This document shows positions 17,420 through 22,670 of a stretch of 22,670 nucleotides of DNA, in pieces. Origin of the DNA: Cyanobacteriota bacterium (GTDB lineage: Bacteria; Cyanobacteriota; Cyanobacteriia; Cyanobacteriales; Nostocaceae); contig JBJOKS010000047.1 in assembly GCA_046045965.1 (NCBI GenBank), forward strand, positions 1 through 22,670, in the 5' to 3' direction. Position numbers and translations under genes: made by a program. The number at the start of each line of letters is the position of its first letter. Position 1 is the first letter of the stretch. Below the pieces are notes generated by a model. That model did no database searches and was not told the origin of the DNA. It was given only the letters and a program-made list of their open reading frames with translations.

Positions 17420-17447
17420 TCTACTCTCATTAATTGCGACATCCGGA
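17420..17447 (-). promoter_or_regulatory. Candidate DIF1-type heterocyst-differentiation promoter: TCCGGA-N17-GTAGA
   Basis: TCCGGA at 17447-17442 and GTAGA at 17424-17420, about 50 nt upstream of ATG 17367. Confidence 0.55.
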
Positions 17448-17561
17448 TTTTCAAGTATCATTTTCGCGTATTTACAGCAAAAACTCATAATTATTACTAA
17501 TAGGTAATGGGTCATGGGGAACAAAATATAGATAATTAACGTAGGAACAAAAGGTTATTTT

Positions 17562-17575
17562 GTAACTAAATTTAC
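17562..17575. promoter_or_regulatory. Possible NtcA-binding site GTA-N8-TAC
   Basis: tGTAACTAAATTTACt in the divergent intergenic region. There is no canonical -10 at 22-23 nt spacing on either side. Confidence 0.3.
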
Positions 17576-17729
17576 TTAAATTAATAGCTAAATAATCCTT
17601 GCAGTAGATGTGAACAGTTTATTTATTTGTTTACCATATATATCCAGATTTGCAACTATACTGTCATAAAAAAACGTAAAAAGTTTTACTATAAAACCAA
17701 TTTTAATCTTTACTTGTGAGGTGATAAAA

Positions 17730-18593
17730 GTGACTATTTTAAATGAATCCCAAACAGAACAGCTAAAAGAAATAACTGCCAGTTTACGACATATCAGACA
17801 AGAAAAATCTATCCGTCTAGAAGAAATTGCTATGCACACACATATTCGATTATCTTTGTTGAAAGCTTTAGAAGAATGGCGATTTGAGGAGTTACCTGAA
17901 CCTGTTTTTGTGCAAGGATTTATCCGTCGTTATGCAGATAAATTAGGACTAGATGGCATGGCTTTAGCCAAAAAGTTTGAAATTAATCTTTTCCCTCTAG
18001 AATCTAATAATTCAACTCAGCAATCAACTTTATATATACCACTTTTTGTACCTTACATCTTCTTATTAATAGCTGCTTCTGGTGGACTTCTTTATTTACT
18101 CAAATCTGAATTTACAGGTAAGTCACTAGTCAATAAACAAAACTCAATATTGAGCTTTCAACAAAAAGCTGTACCATCTCCAGTTAGTCAAATTGTTTCT
18201 ACTCCTGAACCTTCTCCAATTATTACACCTATTTCTACACCTACATCTTCTCCCACTATTACACCTATTTCAGATGTTGTAGTTTCTTTAGAATTTAAAG
18301 GTAACTCATGGGTGCAAGTAAAATCTGATGGTAAAACTGAATTTGAGGGAACTTTAACTACAGGAGAACGCAAAACCTGGAAAGCAAAAAAGTCCTTGAC
18401 TGTGCGTTCTGGTAATGCGGGTGTTGTGTTGGTGTCTTTCAATGATCAAGAACCAAAACTATTAGGAAATAAGGGTGAAGTTAAGGAAGTTACATATACT
18501 ATTCAGGAGTCAGGAGGAGGCAGTGCGGTCTTGGGGTCTCCCCAAGTGAAGCAACTGCCGTTCAGGAGTCAGGAGAAAATAAAAAACAACTGA
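17730..18593 (+). CDS. rodZ: Cytoskeleton protein RodZ (HTH-TM-linker-DUF4115-type domain)
   Basis: LRHIRQEKSIRLEEIA...LPEPVFVQGFIRRYADKLGL, one TM helix, a Pro/Ser/Thr linker, then SWVQVKSDGK...VRSGNAG. GTG 17730 has a GAGGTG RBS; 17721 is an alternative start. Confidence 0.88.
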   Translation: MTILNESQTEQLKEITASLRHIRQEKSIRLEEIAMHTHIRLSLLKALEEWRFEELPEPVFVQGFIRRYADKLGLDGMALAKKFEINLFPLESNNSTQQSTLYIPLFVPYIFLLIAASGGLLYLLKSEFTGKSLVNKQNSILSFQQKAVPSPVSQIVSTPEPSPIITPISTPTSSPTITPISDVVVSLEFKGNSWVQVKSDGKTEFEGTLTTGERKTWKAKKSLTVRSGNAGVVLVSFNDQEPKLLGNKGEVKEVTYTIQESGGGSAVLGSPQVKQLPFRSQEKIKNN

Positions 18594-18607
18594 CAACTGA
18601 CAACTGA
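18502..18607 (+). repeat. Composite repeat at rodZ 3' end: TCAGGAG repeats, nested hairpin element, (CAACTGA)x3
   Basis: TTCAGGAGTCAGGAG at 18502-18516 and 18561-18575 flank a 44-nt hairpin. CAACTGA x3 at 18587-18607 supplies the stop codon. Confidence 0.85.
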
Positions 18608-18611
18608 CATA

Positions 18612-20069
18612 TTAATCTATTTTCGCTGTTTGCAAATGCCAATTAGTTGATTGTTCGTAGGCATAAGCTACTTGAAAAAGTTGATCTTCTCCTAATACTT
18701 TACCAATTAATTGTAGTCCAATTGGTAGACCTTTACTATCAAAACCACAGGGTATACTAATTCCAGGTAAACCTGCAAGATTAACAGGAATAGTCATTAA
18801 GTCATTTAAATACATACTCAAGGGATCGGTGATTTTTTCACCTGCTTGAAATGCTGTAGTTGGTGCTGTGGGACAAACTAAAACATCAACTTGTTGAAAG
18901 GCTTTTTCAAAGTCTTCTTTAATTAATGTGCGGACTTTTTGCGCTTTCAAGTAGTAGGCATCATAATAACCGGCACTGAGGGCATAAGTACCAATCATAA
19001 TCCGACGTTTGACTTCTGTACCAAATCCCATTGCACGGGTACGGGTATACATGGAAAGCAGGTTGTCTGCATCTGGAGAACGTAAGCCATATTTAACGCC
19101 ATCGTAACGGGCTAAGTTGGCTGATGCTTCCGATGGGGCGATAATGTAATAACTGGGTACGCCATAACGGAAACGGGGGCAGGAAATATAATGAATTTCT
19201 GCACCTAAAGCTTCTAATTGAGCGATCGCTTGATTTACAGATGCTTCTACTTCTTGATCTAAACCTTCACCAAAGGTTTCTTTAATAACACCAACTTTCA
19301 ATTTTTTACCTTTTAAATCTGGTGTTAAATTGGCAGTGTAATCAGGAATTTCGACTTTTAAACTGGTGGAGTCTTGAGGATCATAACCTGCGATCGCATT
19401 TAATAAAATCGCTGCATCTTCCACACTACGACCAAATGGACCAATTTGATCCAAAGATGACGCATAAGCTACCAACCCATAGCGGGAAACTAACCCATAA
19501 GTCGGTTTCATCCCCACCACGCCGCAAAAAGAAGCCGGTTGACGAATTGAACCCCCCGTGTCCGAACCTAGCGATACAACGCATTCTTCAGCCGCTACAG
19601 CCGCCGCAGAACCACCAGAAGAACCACCAGGAACCCGTGAAATATCCCAAGGATTAGCGGTAGTTTGATAAGCAGAGTTTTCTGTGGAACTACCCATAGC
19701 AAACTCATCCAAGTTGGTTTTACCAACCGTTACTGCTCCGGCATCAGCGAGTTTTTGGGTTACAGTGGATTCATAGGGTGGGATAAAGTTTTCTAGAATT
19801 CTAGAAGCGCAGGTAGTACGAATTCCCTTGGTACACATATTATCTTTTACACCAATGGGAATCCCTGCTAAAATACCGATTTCTTCCCCAGTAGCGATTT
19901 TTGCATCCACAGCACGAGCCTGATCTAAAGCCTGTTGTGCCGTGACAGTTAAGAAACTGTGCAGTTTTGGTTCTAATGCTTGAATGCGATCAAGGGCTTC
20001 TTGGGTAATTTCAACGGCAGAACGTTCTTTTTTTACTAGCTGTTCGTGCAACTCGCGGATGGATGCCAT
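18612..20069 (-). CDS. gatA: Asp-tRNA(Asn)/Glu-tRNA(Gln) amidotransferase subunit A
   Basis: [41 protein letters not shown] and SANLARYDG. Confidence 0.99.
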   Translation of the reverse strand: MASIRELHEQLVKKERSAVEITQEALDRIQALEPKLHSFLTVTAQQALDQARAVDAKIATGEEIGILAGIPIGVKDNMCTKGIRTTCASRILENFIPPYESTVTQKLADAGAVTVGKTNLDEFAMGSSTENSAYQTTANPWDISRVPGGSSGGSAAAVAAEECVVSLGSDTGGSIRQPASFCGVVGMKPTYGLVSRYGLVAYASSLDQIGPFGRSVEDAAILLNAIAGYDPQDSTSLKVEIPDYTANLTPDLKGKKLKVGVIKETFGEGLDQEVEASVNQAIAQLEALGAEIHYISCPRFRYGVPSYYIIAPSEASANLARYDGVKYGLRSPDADNLLSMYTRTRAMGFGTEVKRRIMIGTYALSAGYYDAYYLKAQKVRTLIKEDFEKAFQQVDVLVCPTAPTTAFQAGEKITDPLSMYLNDLMTIPVNLAGLPGISIPCGFDSKGLPIGLQLIGKVLGEDQLFQVAYAYEQSTNWHLQTAKID

Positions 20070-20350
20070 AAATATTTTTTCTCTTTATCATTCAAGTCAT
20101 TGATTTTAGCATTTACAGGTGTGGGGATGGTGTTTTGTTGGTTGGTGGGGTTATGGCACGCTCCAGACGCGGAGGCGCAGAGAGGGGTTTGAGGGTTGGG
20201 TGATGTTAAATTATACTGTTTGTTTTGTGAAGTGTTAGCTTCTTGCTCGATTAAGAAAATAAGGTAACATCTTTAAATATGCCGGCAAAAGACATCTATC
20301 ACAATGCTGTTTAAAATGCCTTAATTAAGGTACTGTAGTAGCTAAAAATC

Positions 20351-22033
20351 ATGAATATAAATGCTTCAATTATTGATCAACGTTTGAATTCATTGACTGA
20401 TACCATTCGACAACAAGCTGCTGAAGAATTACGTATTAATGATCCTGGCAGACTTAAATCTTTGGCATTTGTCTATTTTTGTGTGCAAACTATTCTTGAT
20501 TTAGATGATTCTAATACCTTTGATTGTTTGATGGAGGGCGGTGGAGACTTTGGTGTGGATGCCATGCACATTTCTGAAGAACATGATGGTGAGTTTACAG
20601 TCAGTTTATTTCAGGCAAAGTACAAAAATGATCTTGAAGGAAACGCGAATTTTCCTGAAAATGGAATCAATGCTCTCATCAATGCAATTCGATTTCTGTT
20701 TGATCCCAGTGCAAAATTAGAACATATTAATCAACGTTTACTTACCAAAGTAGAAGAAGCTCGGAGCTTAATTAGAGATGGATATATTCCCCAAGTTCGG
20801 GCATTAGCTTGTAATAATGGCATAAAATGGAATCAATCTTCTCAAGAAGCTATTGATCGTGCAGGATTTGGTGATCAAGTAACTTGGGAACACGTTAATC
20901 ATGAACGGCTAATAAAAATTTTGCAAGCTTCCCGACCAGTCAAAGACACTTTGCAACTCAGTGGTAAAGCGGTGGTTGAGGATATGAATTTTAGTCGGGT
21001 GCTGGTGGGAAGAATTTCCGTAGCTGAAATTGCCGCACTCATTGAAAGACACGGAGAAAGGTTATTAGAACGTAATATTCGCCGTTACTTAGGGCTACAA
21101 GGCAATCGCGTTAATGAAGGTATTCGGGATACTTTAAATAGCGATGAAAGGAACAATTTCTATTTTTACAATAATGGCATCACTTTAACTTGCGACAGTT
21201 TTATTCATAATGGGTTGCAAAACGGTGATTATCAAGTACGAGTTGAGAACCTACAAATTATTAATGGTGGTCAAACCTGTATGACAATTTTTAAAACTCT
21301 TCAGCAGCCAGAACTACTACAGCAAAATAACCAAGCATATCTTTTGTTAAGGCTTTATCAATTACCCAGTGATAATGACGATCTAGTCCAAAAAATTACT
21401 TATGCTACCAATAGTCAGAACCCTGTGGATCTAAAGGATCTCCGAGCTAATGATCATCTACAGCAAAGACTGGAAATGGATATCAAACAACTGGGATTTA
21501 ACTATCGCCGCAAACGCTCTGATACCAGTGCCAGATCCACTACAGATATTACTTCGGGGGTAGCAGCTGAGGCGGTACTGGCGGTTTGGCGACAAAAGCC
21601 CCATCAAGCTAAGTTTTTTACTCGTGAGCATTTTGGTAAACTATACGATGCAATTTTTACTGAACAGCTTAATGGCGCACAAGTTGTAATTGCTGTACAG
21701 TTGTATAGAATTGCTGAAAACCGACGCAAACGACCAAATCCAAATGATCCTCCTTGTGTCCGTTATGCTTCATGCTTTATTGCGATGCAGATGGGGCGGA
21801 GGCTTCTCCATGAAATGAATCTCCAAATAGAGCAAATTAACCACCGCAATTTTCATGATGCCAATCTGTTGATCGAGCAAAAGGGGGAGGATTATTTCAA
21901 TGATTCAGTACAAGATGTTCAACACGCACTTCAAGAGCTTTACGGAAGCCAGGAAATTTCTTTACAACAACTTTCTGCTACATTCCGACGTGGGGATTTG
22001 ATTGAGAAACTTCAACAAATGGAAATCTCTTAA
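20351..22033 (+). CDS. AIPR family protein (abortive infection phage resistance)
   Basis: N-terminal GGDFGVDA...FQAKY nuclease-like motif, then LLERNIRRYLG, FYFYNNGIT, QIINGGQT and ATNSQN AIPR motifs. Confidence 0.92.
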   Translation: MNINASIIDQRLNSLTDTIRQQAAEELRINDPGRLKSLAFVYFCVQTILDLDDSNTFDCLMEGGGDFGVDAMHISEEHDGEFTVSLFQAKYKNDLEGNANFPENGINALINAIRFLFDPSAKLEHINQRLLTKVEEARSLIRDGYIPQVRALACNNGIKWNQSSQEAIDRAGFGDQVTWEHVNHERLIKILQASRPVKDTLQLSGKAVVEDMNFSRVLVGRISVAEIAALIERHGERLLERNIRRYLGLQGNRVNEGIRDTLNSDERNNFYFYNNGITLTCDSFIHNGLQNGDYQVRVENLQIINGGQTCMTIFKTLQQPELLQQNNQAYLLLRLYQLPSDNDDLVQKITYATNSQNPVDLKDLRANDHLQQRLEMDIKQLGFNYRRKRSDTSARSTTDITSGVAAEAVLAVWRQKPHQAKFFTREHFGKLYDAIFTEQLNGAQVVIAVQLYRIAENRRKRPNPNDPPCVRYASCFIAMQMGRRLLHEMNLQIEQINHRNFHDANLLIEQKGEDYFNDSVQDVQHALQELYGSQEISLQQLSATFRRGDLIEKLQQMEIS

Positions 22034-22128
22034 TTTTATGCCCGAAAAAACCAAGTTTTATGTTATACAAAACGATATAAAACTAGGAAAATTACGATCA
22101 GCTATAAAATAATTAGGAATTGAGTGTT

Positions 22129-22329
22129 ATGAATTTGAAGAAGCATAAGAAATTATTTTTATTAAAACAAAAGCAAGATAAAGCGGTTAACCTTATCCAG
22201 TCTTGGATAGATGATGAAGATGAGTCAGAACAGCAAGAAACAGGTAAATATTTAATTCATGTTTTAGATAATGATCGGTTATCTGAACGCAAATTATTTC
22301 CCGTTGAAATGAAAGGTATAAGTTGGTGA
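22129..22329 (+). CDS. Small acidic antitoxin-like protein, no toxin downstream
   Basis: AVNLIQSWIDDEDESEQQETGKYLIHVLDNDRLSERKLFP resembles cyanobacterial proteins I recall preceding PIN-domain toxins. It ends in ...TGGTGA, a potential GTGA overlap. Confidence 0.6.
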   Translation: MNLKKHKKLFLLKQKQDKAVNLIQSWIDDEDESEQQETGKYLIHVLDNDRLSERKLFPVEMKGISW

Positions 22330-22350
22330 ATTTATTACCTCAACACAATT

Positions 22351-22381
22351 TGTTGGGTTTCATTTTATTCAACCAAACCTA
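22351..22381. repeat. Degenerate REP-like repeat (GTTGGGTTTC...CAACCCAACCTAC family)
   Basis: TGTTGGGTTTCATTTTATTCAACCAAACCTA is an imperfect palindrome. Confidence 0.55.
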
Positions 22382-22430
22382 TATTTCTAAACCCATTATT
22401 GCCCTAATTACAAAAAATCGGTATCATCAA

Positions 22431-22450
22431 GGTATAACTCAAGTTATACC
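22431..22450. promoter_or_regulatory. Perfect palindromic operator upstream of RHH antitoxin pseudogene
   Basis: GGTATAACT-CA-AGTTATACC, ending 5 nt before ATG 22456. Confidence 0.7.
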
Positions 22451-22455
22451 AAGCT

Positions 22456-22551
22456 ATGAAAACAGCCATTTCCATTCCTGATACTCTATTTGAAGCTGCT
22501 GAAAAATTTGCCAAACATCAAGGCTTATCTCGCAGTTAACTTTATCAGTAA
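22456..22551 (+). pseudogene. Truncated ribbon-helix-helix antitoxin (ChpI/MazE6-like)
   Basis: Not in the ORF track. MKTAISIPDTLFEAAEKFAKHQGLSRS*LYQ* has TAA at 22537, where the family has SRSELY (GAA to TAA). Similarity then ends and no toxin follows. Confidence 0.8.
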
Positions 22552-22670
22552 ACCAAAAAGTTTTTCTCCGAAGAGCGATCGCTAAGTATTATGGAGTGTG
22601 TAGTAATTTAAAGCACAAGAGTAGACGACAGTATATATAAAAAATACTTATTATTCTACTAAATAACAAA

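Larger units (their letters stand above)
270..22582. repeat. HIP1 octamer GCGATCGC, dispersed (at least 10 copies)
   Basis: Seen at 270, 1201, 1972, 2892, 6786, 14759, 17289, 19222, 19390 and 22575. This is a hallmark of cyanobacterial genomes. Confidence 0.95.

Noticed and set aside
17368..17454. Upstream TTG/ATG starts giving a 393-aa HTH protein
   Set aside because: There is a better RBS before ATG 17367, and the extension overlaps the candidate promoter motif.
18221..18271. TATTACACCTATTTC repeated with 36-nt period in rodZ
   Set aside because: An ordinary in-frame duplication in the Pro/Ser/Thr linker.
15767..19657. ORFs 15767-15979, 17588-17839, 18188-18442 and 19322-19657
   Set aside because: They overlap UDG, rodZ or gatA on the opposite strand and have no independent support.
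22038..22112. 24-codon ORF MPEKTKFYVIQNDIKLGKLRSAIK right after AIPR
   Set aside because: It is very short, has no clear RBS and shows no recognisable family, so it cannot be supported.

Overview
AT-rich chromosomal DNA from a heterocyst-forming cyanobacterium (Nostocales, probably Dolichospermum/Aphanizomenon/Anabaena-like). The evidence is at least 10 HIP1 GCGATCGC sites, heptamer STRR arrays and REP-like dispersed repeats. The housekeeping backbone is a partial M23 peptidase, cbiET, an M41-like Zn protease, alaS, VanZ, a SAM methyltransferase, a Nudix protein, an LpxB-like protein, a family-4 UDG, two head-to-head RodZ-type HTH membrane proteins and gatA. It is interrupted by accessory genes: a stand-alone lipoxygenase; an unknown 223-aa gene plus orphan hicB upstream of alaS; an islet downstream of alaS (DUF2281-type antitoxin/MazF pair, orphan hicB with a hicA stub, and an ABC-ATPase + TOPRIM two-gene operon with PARIS/split-OLD-like architecture); and an AIPR gene followed by decayed antitoxins. 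The main leads are (1) the ATPase-TOPRIM candidate defence system, (2) a TA cassette bounded by 13-bp REP-derived direct repeats, (3) a DIF1-type heterocyst promoter in front of an atypical RodZ paralogue, (4) a ~49-aa duplicated insertion in AlaRS near the G3:U70-reading Asp, and (5) repeats that supply protein termini, including nested insertions. Family names come from motif recognition only; no searches were run.
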